Source of the DNA: a virus
Lineage: Duplodnaviria; Caudoviricetes
Length of the DNA: 25,028 nucleotides
Direction: 5' to 3' (one strand)
IMG/VR virus record: IMGVR_UViG_3300003830_000036
Span: 1 to 25,028 of that record
Shown here: one piece after another, positions 15,928 to 23,322 of the stretch
Position numbering within the stretch: position 1 is the stretch's first letter
Layout: every line of letters starts with the position of its first letter
The notes under the pieces: generated by a model
Database searches by the model: none
What the model was told of the DNA's origin: nothing
Seen by the model: the letters and a program-made list of their open reading frames with translations, nothing else
Translations under genes and position numbers: made by a program

Positions 15928-16001
15928 CGGGGTACTTGCTGTGCTGGTGGCTTCTTGAATGTCTTTACCGACTGCACAAACCCAGCGGAAGCTTTCCCCC
16001 G
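15928..16001 (-). ncRNA. Candidate structured RNA hairpin with a loop-E (GAA/AGUA) module
   Basis: CGGGG-GAA-AGCU..GCUGG ... CCAGC..AGC-A-AGUA-CCCCG in an ORF-free interval. Confidence 0.45.
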
Positions 16002-16008
16002 TAAATCC

Positions 16009-16875
16009 TTAGGCTGCAACAGCCTGCTTGCGAATCGAAATCGACTCAGTGAACACAGGCTTGACACCGGGAATGCGCAAGTTGGCTTGTTGCAGCTTGG
16101 CCATGGCCTTGATGCTCTTTTCGCTCACGTCCAGCAAGCCAATCAGGGACAGGTCATTCGCTGCCACCATGGCGCCAATGTGCTTGATCAGTGCGGCCTT
16201 GTCGGTGACTTCTGCACTCCAGGTGCCACTGGTGCCTTTGAGTGGCGCGCTGTAGGTGGACACGGGCGCTGTGTAAACCGCCTGCACAGCCACTTGTGCA
16301 GCCTGGCGGGCGGTGTCAACTTGCACCATGGCTTGTGTCACCATGGCTTGTGCGGCCTGTTCACTGCCTGCAAGACTCAGGGCTTCGGCCTCAATGGCTG
16401 ATGCCTTGGCGGCTGCAATGGTTTCTACTTCCAGCGCGGCGGCGGCGGCGGCGGCTTCGCGGCGCTTCTTGGCTTCGGCCTCGTCTGCAAGTCGCTTGGT
16501 CTCGGCCTTGGCGCGGTTGTATGCGGTCAGCTTGGCCTTGCCTGCGGCGATCAGGGTGTCCAGTTGGTTGCGGGCCGGGGCGTAGCCTGCCATCAGCCAT
16601 TTCTGTGCATCAAGAAGTGGTGCGGTGCGCTCCTTGCGCTCGTCTTCGATTGCTGCACTGACTGTGGCCAGCCTGCCAAGCATTTCAATCAGTTCGGTGG
16701 CCATGTCGTCCGAGTCGATGTCCATGTCGGGCACCAAAGCGATGTCCAGCTCCACTGCGTACAGAAGCGATTGAATATCAGGTCCAGTCACCACCAGGGT
16801 GCGCACGTTGGTCTTGATGGCGGTTGAGGTGGCTACTGCGCTGGCAGCAGGGGTAAGGGCGAGAGGTGCGTTCAT
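16009..16875 (-). CDS. Coiled-coil hypothetical protein of the recombination module
   Basis: 288 aa, IEDERKERTAPL, long Ala-rich helix, C-terminal IPGVK. ATGA-coupled to the nuclease gene. Confidence 0.75.
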   Translation of the reverse strand: MNAPLALTPAASAVATSTAIKTNVRTLVVTGPDIQSLLYAVELDIALVPDMDIDSDDMATELIEMLGRLATVSAAIEDERKERTAPLLDAQKWLMAGYAPARNQLDTLIAAGKAKLTAYNRAKAETKRLADEAEAKKRREAAAAAAALEVETIAAAKASAIEAEALSLAGSEQAAQAMVTQAMVQVDTARQAAQVAVQAVYTAPVSTYSAPLKGTSGTWSAEVTDKAALIKHIGAMVAANDLSLIGLLDVSEKSIKAMAKLQQANLRIPGVKPVFTESISIRKQAVAA

Positions 16876-17447
16876 GATTTTTGACTCCAGTTAATGAGGT
16901 TGATCAGGGATAAAAATGTTGTCCAGTCAGCGGGGTCATTCCACTCAAGGAATTTGTATGTGCCGTCCGAGCGCAGCTGAACGGTGGCTCTGCGTGCCAG
17001 CATCCAGGATGAATCCTGTTCGGTGCGCAGTTGGCGGTATGCCGCAAGCTGGAGCCCCCACACCGGGTGACTGGCTTGGCTGGTCTTGATGTCCACAATG
17101 AAGGGAGATCCATTCAACATGCCGGCACGGTCCCATGTGCCCGCAAATCCGTAACGCTCGGAGTACCCGCGCACCTCAATGCCACTCCAAACAGCTTTGT
17201 GGTCGACGCTGAACTGAATCCATGCATCCAGATACCCGGCGTAGATGCCAATGCTTTCCGAATCAAGGTCGTTCTGGTCGTGGTACTCACACAAGGTGTG
17301 TACGAACGTGCCCCGGCGGCACGCAGCATTCAGGATTTCGGCAGGAACCATGCCAAAGTCGTGCAGCTTGTTGAGGCACTGCGTGACTGATGGCTTCTCC
17401 ACGCCATTCCACGTATAGACGTGCTGCTCTTCGTCAAAGCTCAACAT
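16872..17447 (-). CDS. PD-(D/E)xK exonuclease, probable partner of Bet
   Basis: PSVTQCL, RGTFVH, FAGTWDR, IVDIKT, LQLAAY. Start at ATG 17447. Confidence 0.85.
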   Translation of the reverse strand: MLSFDEEQHVYTWNGVEKPSVTQCLNKLHDFGMVPAEILNAACRRGTFVHTLCEYHDQNDLDSESIGIYAGYLDAWIQFSVDHKAVWSGIEVRGYSERYGFAGTWDRAGMLNGSPFIVDIKTSQASHPVWGLQLAAYRQLRTEQDSSWMLARRATVQLRSDGTYKFLEWNDPADWTTFLSLINLINWSQKS

Positions 17448-17824
17448 TTGCGCTGCTCCAGCATGGCGTCTGCCCAGGCTGCAGGCCACTGAATGCAGAG
17501 TTGCTTGCGGAATTCTGCTTGCCATTCAGACTGGTCAATTTCTGCCTTTTCCCGTTTGTCGAACCATTGGCGAACTTCATCACTCTGATGCTCTGCGCTC
17601 AACTCCCATTGGCGAATAATTTCATGCTCAAACAAGTCGTCACCTATTGCCCGGATGCTTGGCACCACGGGGCAAGGCGGCATGATTGGAATGAACCAGT
17701 CTTGCGGGGTGGCTGGTGCATGCGCCATGAAGTAGTCTTTCAGGGTCATGCCTTGCATTGCCGGGTCTGTGGCAAGATAGTCTGCGGGGAATGCTGGTCC
17801 GCCGGTTTCTTTGGCACCCATCAC
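17441..17824 (-). CDS. Hypothetical phage protein (GGPAFP...GMTLxDYF family)
   Basis: 127 aa with TGGPAFP, GMTLKDYF and WADAML. GTGA-coupled. Confidence 0.75.
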   Translation of the reverse strand: MMGAKETGGPAFPADYLATDPAMQGMTLKDYFMAHAPATPQDWFIPIMPPCPVVPSIRAIGDDLFEHEIIRQWELSAEHQSDEVRQWFDKREKAEIDQSEWQAEFRKQLCIQWPAAWADAMLEQRKC

Positions 17825-18729
17825 AACCTCGCCTTCAGTGCTTTGAAGCCGTTTTTAGTAAGCCCCGCAAGCGTTGCTGGGTCCAAGTCCATCCCAAGCT
17901 CGCCCAACAAACCAGCCAGATCAATACGCTTGGCTGCACACGTCTTGATGACGTTCATCATTTCGCCGGGGCTAGCCGGTTCGCCCGTGTCATGCGCAGC
18001 TTGGGGGGCTGACGCGGCCTGTGGTGTGGGTTCATTGCGTGGCACTTGTTCCACTGGTGCCTGCTCCGGTGCGGCGGTTTTGATGACAGGCTGTAGCACC
18101 ACGGGCGCTTCTGGCTCTGCCAATGCGGCATGGGTCGATTCACTGGCGCGCCGGGGCTTGGCCACCTGAATGACTTCACCGGTCGCCATATCCACAGCCT
18201 CAATGATTCGCTCGGCTTCGTCTTGCTCGTAGATGCCGCCGAACCCAAACGCCATGCGTGCGCACTGGATCAGCGACTTGTGCCGCAACATGCGATACGG
18301 GTGCGTCAGCCATGGCCCCATCGTGCCCCGGCACTCCACCATGTATTCGGTGATCCGTGTCGGGTGGCCACGGTCCTTGCGGTAAATGGTGCAGGTGCAC
18401 ATGTCTGCATCCTGCTCAAAATCCACACCGTCATACTGAGGGTTGGTGTTGATGATGCGCGCCCAGCCATCCACGCCAACGACTGGCACAATGCCGCCGA
18501 ATTTGTCGGGGTACGCATAAATTTCCTTCAGCCAGGGGTTCAATCCATACTGGTTTGAGATCACCAACAGCGCCATGATTTGGGCATCTGTCGGCGTCAC
18601 CATTTGGCCGCTTACCTTGGTGGGCTTGAAAGCAGTTGTTTTCAGTGCCGCCAGTAGGCCAGCGCCGTCATCGCCCATGCCCATCTTTTCGGCCAGGGTG
18701 TTCAAAAGTGTGTCGAGTGCTTTGCTCAT
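17821..18729 (-). CDS. bet: Phage single-strand annealing recombinase Bet (RecT family)
   Basis: QYGLNPWLKEIYAYP, GIVPVVGVDGWARIIN, EYMVEC, PW.THP.RMLRHK...QCAR.AFGF.GIY..DEAERI. Start at ATG 18729. Confidence 0.92.
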   Translation of the reverse strand: MSKALDTLLNTLAEKMGMGDDGAGLLAALKTTAFKPTKVSGQMVTPTDAQIMALLVISNQYGLNPWLKEIYAYPDKFGGIVPVVGVDGWARIINTNPQYDGVDFEQDADMCTCTIYRKDRGHPTRITEYMVECRGTMGPWLTHPYRMLRHKSLIQCARMAFGFGGIYEQDEAERIIEAVDMATGEVIQVAKPRRASESTHAALAEPEAPVVLQPVIKTAAPEQAPVEQVPRNEPTPQAASAPQAAHDTGEPASPGEMMNVIKTCAAKRIDLAGLLGELGMDLDPATLAGLTKNGFKALKARL

Positions 18730-18845
18730 GATTTCTTCCAGTTGTTGCGCATTGCCCGAATGTGTTGGGCAGTGCTTCGGTTGATGAATTGAAGGAGGCG
18801 CTTGCGTGCTTCTTCGCACAGCTTCTCGATGGCTTCGGGTGTCAT
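18726..18845 (-). CDS. Small hypothetical protein (39 aa)
   Basis: MTPEAIEKLCEEARKRLL..., GGAGG SD, ATGA-coupled on both sides. Confidence 0.55.
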   Translation of the reverse strand: MTPEAIEKLCEEARKRLLQFINRSTAQHIRAMRNNWKKS

Positions 18846-18970
18846 GCAAACCTCCCGCAAAGGAAGTCGATCACGATCACGCCCAAGGCCACGCTGATGC
18901 AGGCCGAAGCAAGGTAGATGGTGACAATCAGTACAGCGCTGATACCGCACATTGGGGGCGTGGCTTTCAT
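18842..18970 (-). CDS. Small membrane protein (42 aa)
   Basis: Manual translation MKATPPMCGISAVLIVTIYLASACISVALGVIVIDFLCGRFA. GGAGG SD, ATGA overlaps. Confidence 0.6.
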   Translation of the reverse strand: MKATPPMCGISAVLIVTIYLASACISVALGVIVIDFLCGRFA

Positions 18971-19146
18971 GGCATCCTCCAGGCAATGACCAGGTAGGGC
19001 GAAGCCGTGATCAGAGCCACGACAACCACAATCACAATGCCTGACCAGTCGCGGCGACGCATCTTTTCGACGCTGGCGGCGCGCTCGGTACCGCTTTGGC
19101 GCGCATTGCGCGGAAACACTTCAGTGGTGGGGTGCCCGTAGTTCAT
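18967..19146 (-). CDS. Small membrane protein (59 aa)
   Basis: Manual translation MNYGHPTTEVFPRNA...RRRDWSGIVIVVVVALITASPYLVIAWRMP. ATGA overlaps. Confidence 0.6.
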   Translation of the reverse strand: MNYGHPTTEVFPRNARQSGTERAASVEKMRRRDWSGIVIVVVVALITASPYLVIAWRMP

Positions 19147-19361
19147 GCGCCTGCCCTCATCACAAAGTCATAGCCCTGAGTCCAGTTGTATGCAAACGGT
19201 GGCGTTGCATCGCGCACACTGCCTGTATTCAGTGTTTCAGGCGCATCAATGGGCCAGCCCCAGTAAAGACACTGAGCATCGTAAAAATCAGGTTGGAACA
19301 GCTTCTTTTCCATTGGCTGACTGGTGCGGCTCAGTACGTTGCATTTGTAGTGCTTGGTCAC
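19143..19361 (-). CDS. Hypothetical protein
   Basis: 72 aa, GTGA-coupled, AAGGAGG SD. Confidence 0.65.
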   Translation of the reverse strand: MTKHYKCNVLSRTSQPMEKKLFQPDFYDAQCLYWGWPIDAPETLNTGSVRDATPPFAYNWTQGYDFVMRAGA

Positions 19362-19675
19362 GCTGCCTCCTTGAGTGATTCGAGGATTTCTCCTTCAATG
19401 CGGCTGATGTCGTCGTCTGTCAGCTTGGCCTGCAGCCAAGGCGCCGGGTAGCCTGAACGGTCGAGCACTTTGAATTCGATGTCTTGATGGCCGTGATATT
19501 CGTCTGGCGTTTCGGCCTGGGGGCTGTAGTTGCCCTTGGTGATGTCGATAGTTCCGATCCAGATGCCGCATGGGATGCCGCACACGGTGCTGTCAAGGTC
19601 TGCGCTGTAGCGCTTGCGGGCTGGCATGAAGGGCCGCAGGGCTTGCGCGATGACTGGGTTCAGGTTGGTGTTCAC
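19358..19675 (-). CDS. Hypothetical protein, first gene of the leftward early operon
   Basis: 105 aa, GTG start with an AAGGAG SD, contains VLDRSGYPAPWL..KLT. Confidence 0.75.
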   Translation of the reverse strand: MNTNLNPVIAQALRPFMPARKRYSADLDSTVCGIPCGIWIGTIDITKGNYSPQAETPDEYHGHQDIEFKVLDRSGYPAPWLQAKLTDDDISRIEGEILESLKEAA

Positions 19676-19717
19676 TTTGATTCACTCCTTTCCTGCGAGG
19701 TGCAGGGTCTGGGGTGA

Positions 19718-19757
19718 ATCATAGCGTAACGCCAAACAACATGCCAGCGCTTCGCTA
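19718..19757 (-). promoter_or_regulatory. PL-like promoter with two operator sites
   Basis: Minus-strand -10 TATGAT (19718-23) with a weak -35. Operators TAGCGTAACGCCA (19722-34) and CAGCGCTTCGCTA (19745-57) match the cI-cro sites. Confidence 0.7.
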
Positions 19758-19819
19758 AATTTATTTTCAAAAAGCGTAAAATAAATCTGACCCGCTGGTC
19801 AATAGTGATTTGCAGGCGT

Positions 19820-19842
19820 AAAAAAGCCACCCAAAGGTGGCT
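19820..19842 (-). terminator. Intrinsic terminator of the cI operon
   Basis: Minus strand AGCCACC-TTTG-GGTGGCT-TTTTT. Confidence 0.8.
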
Positions 19843-19868
19843 CATAAACAGGACGGCTATGAATCCAA

Positions 19869-20153
19869 CTATTGCAAAACTGAAGCTAGCTCACTTAAGA
19901 CTTTCTGCGCTTGCTCGATGTGCGCATCTGGTATTGCCGTGGCGAGCGCGTGCTCTGCGTAAAAGTCAGCGCTTTGATGCAGTCCCCGACACAGTGAAGC
20001 GCATTCTTCTGCGAGACATTGAGGATGAGATTGCGAAGCGTGTTCCGCCAAGCGCGTGAACGCCAGCAGCAGTGCCGTTTTCAGGGCCACGGTTTGTCCT
20101 TGAAGTTCGTCTACACGCCGGGTCAGGATTTCAATTTGTGCTTTTTCTGTCAT
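19869..20153 (-). CDS. Hypothetical helical protein in the cI operon
   Basis: 94 aa from ATG 20153 (alternative TTG 20177), ending just before the terminator. Confidence 0.6.
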   Translation of the reverse strand: MTEKAQIEILTRRVDELQGQTVALKTALLLAFTRLAEHASQSHPQCLAEECASLCRGLHQSADFYAEHALATAIPDAHIEQAQKVLSELASVLQ

Positions 20154-20183
20154 AAAGGACCGCAATGAATTTGCCAAAGTAGG

Positions 20184-20507
20184 CTACTGGCCGAACTTGT
20201 CGCGACACACACGCATTTTTATATTGATACCGGATTGCGTGGGCGCCATAGCAGCGTCTTGCTGGCATGACTCAAATCGCCAGGTATCAATGGGGCCAAG
20301 TACACGCTTCGGCGGCGGGAGTGGCGTGGTTTCAAATTGGCGCGGCTGGTACCCGGCGCCAATGCCCTGCTTGTCCAGATTGTCAAGCGTTTCGAACCTC
20401 GGCGGTTTCTCCATGCTGCCAGCCTGCGCCAACAGCATGTTGTCCGCATTGGCGAATGCGGGTTGCCCCATGGCCACCATGGTCACTTGAATCAATAACT
20501 TCTTCAA
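20184..20507 (-). CDS. Putative exported protein in the cI operon
   Basis: TTG start with an AAGGAGG SD, signal-like MKKLLIQVTMVAMGQPAFA-NA, C-terminal Cys pair. Confidence 0.65.
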   Translation of the reverse strand: MKKLLIQVTMVAMGQPAFANADNMLLAQAGSMEKPPRFETLDNLDKQGIGAGYQPRQFETTPLPPPKRVLGPIDTWRFESCQQDAAMAPTQSGINIKMRVCRDKFGQ

Positions 20508-20561
20508 TTCATCCTCCTTTTGTTAAGTCTTCCAACGACTCAACCGGGCCTTTGTGGCTCT

Positions 20562-21275
20562 CTAAATTCTCTCGGACTGCTTGTGCACAATGCGCCCAAT
20601 GCAAAACACATCTTCGCCGCACACCTTGCGCGGGTAGCGGCGCTGGTCCGGGTTGTCTGATGCCAGCCACCACTGGCCCGCATCGCGCACCATGCGCTTG
20701 ATGACTAATTCACCCTCGTAGTTCACCGCAAACACCTCGCCGTCCTTCGGAGTGTCGTCCGCCGTGTTGATCACCACCGTGTCACCGTCATACAGCCCAG
20801 GCTCCATACTGCCATTGCAGACGCGCACAGCCATCAGTTTTGCCGGGTTGTAGCCGTTGCGTTCGAACCACTTGCGCTGGAACACGATAGGCGCCTCATC
20901 GTCTTCCACGTAGTCAACGCCGAAGCCGCTGGCCCCAGCTGACAGTTTGATGTTGACGCGCCGGATAGCTGGAAAGTCTGGGTTGTTTACCAAATTGATA
21001 GCTACTGGCGCTTGTTCTACGGTTGCTAAAGCGCTATTTCTGCTTGACTTCACCAGTTTTACGGATGAATCCAGCCACGATGGGTATGCCTTGGTTATTT
21101 TGGCCCGCAACCCTGGACCTACACCACGAGGGTTTCCGGATGGGAGCTTCACGCCTTTTGTGATCTGCATCAAATTTTCCGCACTGACGACTGCTTTATC
21201 GGCAACAAATTTTTCCCCGCCTTCTGCTTTGCAGAGCGCAATCAAAGCCGCAACCATGGGGTCAATCTCGTTCAT
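20562..21275 (-). CDS. cI: CI-type phage repressor with an S24 autoprotease domain
   Basis: 237 aa. Cleavage-site region LSAG, catalytic GSMEP and VIKR, N-terminal helical domain, divergent from cro. Confidence 0.9.
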   Translation of the reverse strand: MNEIDPMVAALIALCKAEGGEKFVADKAVVSAENLMQITKGVKLPSGNPRGVGPGLRAKITKAYPSWLDSSVKLVKSSRNSALATVEQAPVAINLVNNPDFPAIRRVNIKLSAGASGFGVDYVEDDEAPIVFQRKWFERNGYNPAKLMAVRVCNGSMEPGLYDGDTVVINTADDTPKDGEVFAVNYEGELVIKRMVRDAGQWWLASDNPDQRRYPRKVCGEDVFCIGRIVHKQSERI

Positions 21276-21285
21276 AGGAGTGTTT

Positions 21286-21348
21286 TAGCAAAAGGCAAAA
21301 CTTTATTTGTGCGTAACGCTTGAAACAGTATTAGTGTTACGCTAGACT
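21286..21348. promoter_or_regulatory. OR region: three operators and the PR promoter
   Basis: TAGCAAAAGGCAA (21286), GTGCGTAACGCTT (21309) and TAGTGTTACGCTA (21332). PR is TTGAAA (21320-25), 17 bp, TAGACT (21343-48). Confidence 0.75.
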
Positions 21349-21355
21349 ATGCGCC

Positions 21356-21592
21356 ATGAACCTATCTCAATACTTTGAATCGCGTGGCCGTGGCGCAGCC
21401 TCGCAGCTCGCCGAGGCAATTGGTGCACATTCGTCAGATTTGTCGAATTGGACAAAAGGACAACGCCCGGTACCCGTCAAGTTTGCGGTCGCTATTGAAT
21501 CTGCGACTGACAAGATCGTCACCCGCAAAGACCTGTGTCCCACCGATTGGCACCTGATCTGGCCCGAGTTGGCAGACAAGGCCGCAGCATGA
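21356..21592 (+). CDS. cro: Cro-like repressor (YdaS/Cro family HTH)
   Basis: 78 aa, LAEAIG..SS.LSNW..G.RPVP...AVAIE.AT...VTRKDL.P.DW..IWPEL. Confidence 0.88.
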   Translation: MNLSQYFESRGRGAASQLAEAIGAHSSDLSNWTKGQRPVPVKFAVAIESATDKIVTRKDLCPTDWHLIWPELADKAAA

Positions 21593-21681
21593 CCACACCC
21601 GCCCTCCCTGCTGGAACCGTGGTGCTTGTGGATGGCACGCCCTACCGCCTGTGACTGCAACGCTGGTTGAGCGCCTGCCAG

Positions 21682-21840
21682 TTACTCACAGCGCAGTTCA
21701 TCAATCAGCCACTGGTATTCGGTGATGCACACCTTGCGCACTCTTCCCAGCATCGCTGCAATGGCCTCTGTCGCCCATTGGTCCATTTGCAGTTTCTGCG
21801 CCATTCGCGCAGCTTCCCTGGCAAGTATTTCATCTGACAT
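21682..21840 (-). CDS. Small antisense-oriented protein (52 aa)
   Basis: Not in the ORF track. AGGAG SD 6 nt before the ATG. MSDEILAREAARMAQKLQMDQWATEAIAAMLGRVRKVCITEYQWLIDELRCE. Confidence 0.55.
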   Translation of the reverse strand: MSDEILAREAARMAQKLQMDQWATEAIAAMLGRVRKVCITEYQWLIDELRCE

Positions 21841-21865
21841 ATCAATCTCCTATGGGGTGAAGTAA

Positions 21866-22144
21866 ATGGCACACGACCGCACGGCATTCAGCCGCTCCAT
21901 GACAAGCCCTATGGGCAAACTGCTTTGGGAGCTCAAAACCAAGGTTGACGAAGACACCGCTGACCGCTTCAAGGCCATCACAGAGAAGGCTGGCACCGAT
22001 GTTGCCGGGGCTCTGCGCGACTATGTGTTCAAAGTGGTTCATGGTGAGTCTGAAACAGATATGGCCATCAGGGAAGCCAATGCTAGACGCGAGCGCATGT
22101 TGAGTACACCGATTGGTGAAGCCCTTAAAGAGTCCTCAATATGA
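21866..22144 (+). CDS. Putative RHH-type regulator in the cII position
   Basis: 92 aa, ELKTKVDEDTADRFKAITEKAGTDVAGALRDYV fits an RHH pattern. GGGGTG SD. Confidence 0.65.
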   Translation: MAHDRTAFSRSMTSPMGKLLWELKTKVDEDTADRFKAITEKAGTDVAGALRDYVFKVVHGESETDMAIREANARRERMLSTPIGEALKESSI

Positions 22145-22317
22145 GTAAGCACAAAAGCACCAAGCCTGCGAATTCGCAAGCCCGGCACCCTTTGTCACCG
22201 GCAGAGCGCACCGCAAAGCTGCTGGCCTTTCGTTCCAACTACTCGCACAACTTCACCACCACCAAAGTGGAACAAGTGCCAGTGCCATTTGCACGTGGAG
22301 CCATGAGAACGTCATGA
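22141..22317 (+). CDS. Small hypothetical protein (58 aa)
   Basis: Not in the ORF track. ATGA overlaps on both sides. MSKHKSTKP...TTTKVEQVPVPFARGAMRTS, which carries a motif copy. Confidence 0.65.
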   Translation: MSKHKSTKPANSQARHPLSPAERTAKLLAFRSNYSHNFTTTKVEQVPVPFARGAMRTS

Positions 22318-22577
22318 ACATAGCCCAAGTGCGCCGCGCTGCGCCCCCTGCGCCAAGTTGCTTTACGCATGAAAACTGGATCGCTTACCTCCACACGATC
22401 CAGAACCACGCCAAGGTCAACAGCCGCCCTTTCGCAGCTGGTGTGTACCGGCCTGAATTTAGTTTTTGCGCCGACTGCACGCTGGTGCACTCCGTGTTCA
22501 TGTCCCGCAAGGGCTTGTGCAACCCGAGCGCATTGCGCGTTTTCTTGATCAAAAAAGAGGCCGTCACCCATGAGTAA
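22314..22577 (+). CDS. Cys-containing hypothetical protein
   Basis: 87 aa with FCADC, coupled to its neighbours. Confidence 0.65.
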   Translation: MNIAQVRRAAPPAPSCFTHENWIAYLHTIQNHAKVNSRPFAAGVYRPEFSFCADCTLVHSVFMSRKGLCNPSALRVFLIKKEAVTHE

Positions 22578-23013
22578 TGTTTGCGCACCGGGCACCATCG
22601 CCCATGAAGCCCTGCAATTCCTGCGCGCAAGTGGTGGCGAAATGGGCACCCTGGCACTGGCAACTGGCATTGGCCGCTCTGCAAAGCACCTGGCGCAACA
22701 CCTGGCCCCGGCCGTGCGCGCTGGCATGCTGACGCGCCGGGTAAATGGTGGCTTTGCCTTCTGGCGCCTTGGTCCCAACAGCGATGCCGAGCAAGCCCCA
22801 GTCATTGGCCCCGATGAAAAGATTGTGGTCAAGGTCAGCGCCCTGGCAGCACCCAGCGTGTTTGCCTATGCCGACCAGCGCAACGCTGCCCCATTCAGTG
22901 CCGCCGCACACACCGACAACAGGGTCCACACCGAACGCCATGGCCGCGTGATTGCTGAGTACACAGCGGCTGAGGTGGTCATTCTCAAAAAAGCCCTTGG
23001 AATGGTGGCATGA
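22570..23013 (+). CDS. Hypothetical protein, possible N-terminal winged HTH
   Basis: 147 aa, GAGG SD, LATGIGRSAKHLAQHLAPAVRAGML. Confidence 0.65.
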   Translation: MSNVCAPGTIAHEALQFLRASGGEMGTLALATGIGRSAKHLAQHLAPAVRAGMLTRRVNGGFAFWRLGPNSDAEQAPVIGPDEKIVVKVSALAAPSVFAYADQRNAAPFSAAAHTDNRVHTERHGRVIAEYTAAEVVILKKALGMVA

Positions 23014-23312
23014 ATACCGCAACGTACATGCCCGAGTGGAACGATGCGCAGATCAGGCGCTTCAATTTTCGTCTTGGCCTGTTTCAAAGGCGCGGTCTGA
23101 CCCATGACGCCGCCGAGCGCTGGGGCGACCGCCTGGCAGTGCGAGACCACGAACGCGACGACCGGCGCATCTGCCTGGAATGCAGTTCTTTGCAGCGTGG
23201 CGGAAAGTGTTTTGCCGTGCAGCAAGGCCGCATGAAGGGTGTGTCATCCAAGCATGAGCCCGTGACAAACGTCCTTCAGCGATGCGACCACTTTGAATTT
23301 CAAACCCCCTGA
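23010..23312 (+). CDS. Cys-rich hypothetical protein
   Basis: 100 aa, DDRRICLEC...C...LQRC, ATGA-coupled. Confidence 0.7.
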   Translation: MNTATYMPEWNDAQIRRFNFRLGLFQRRGLTHDAAERWGDRLAVRDHERDDRRICLECSSLQRGGKCFAVQQGRMKGVSSKHEPVTNVLQRCDHFEFQTP

Positions 23313-23322
23313 GAGAAACACC

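Larger units (their letters stand above)
3805..22281. repeat. Dispersed copies of the 16-bp motif AGTGGAACAAGTGCCA
   Basis: Exact minus-strand copies at 3805, 6708, 6788, 7412, 11821, 11866 and 18040. Exact plus-strand copies at 13454 and 22266. Variant at 3835. Coordinates are the leftmost base. Confidence 0.97.

Noticed and set aside
16432-16460. GCG trinucleotide run
   Set aside because: It encodes a poly-Ala helix, which is ordinary low complexity.
16872-17447. Cas4 or CRISPR-associated nuclease
   Set aside because: There is no four-Cys cluster pattern, and its position near bet fits a recombination exonuclease.
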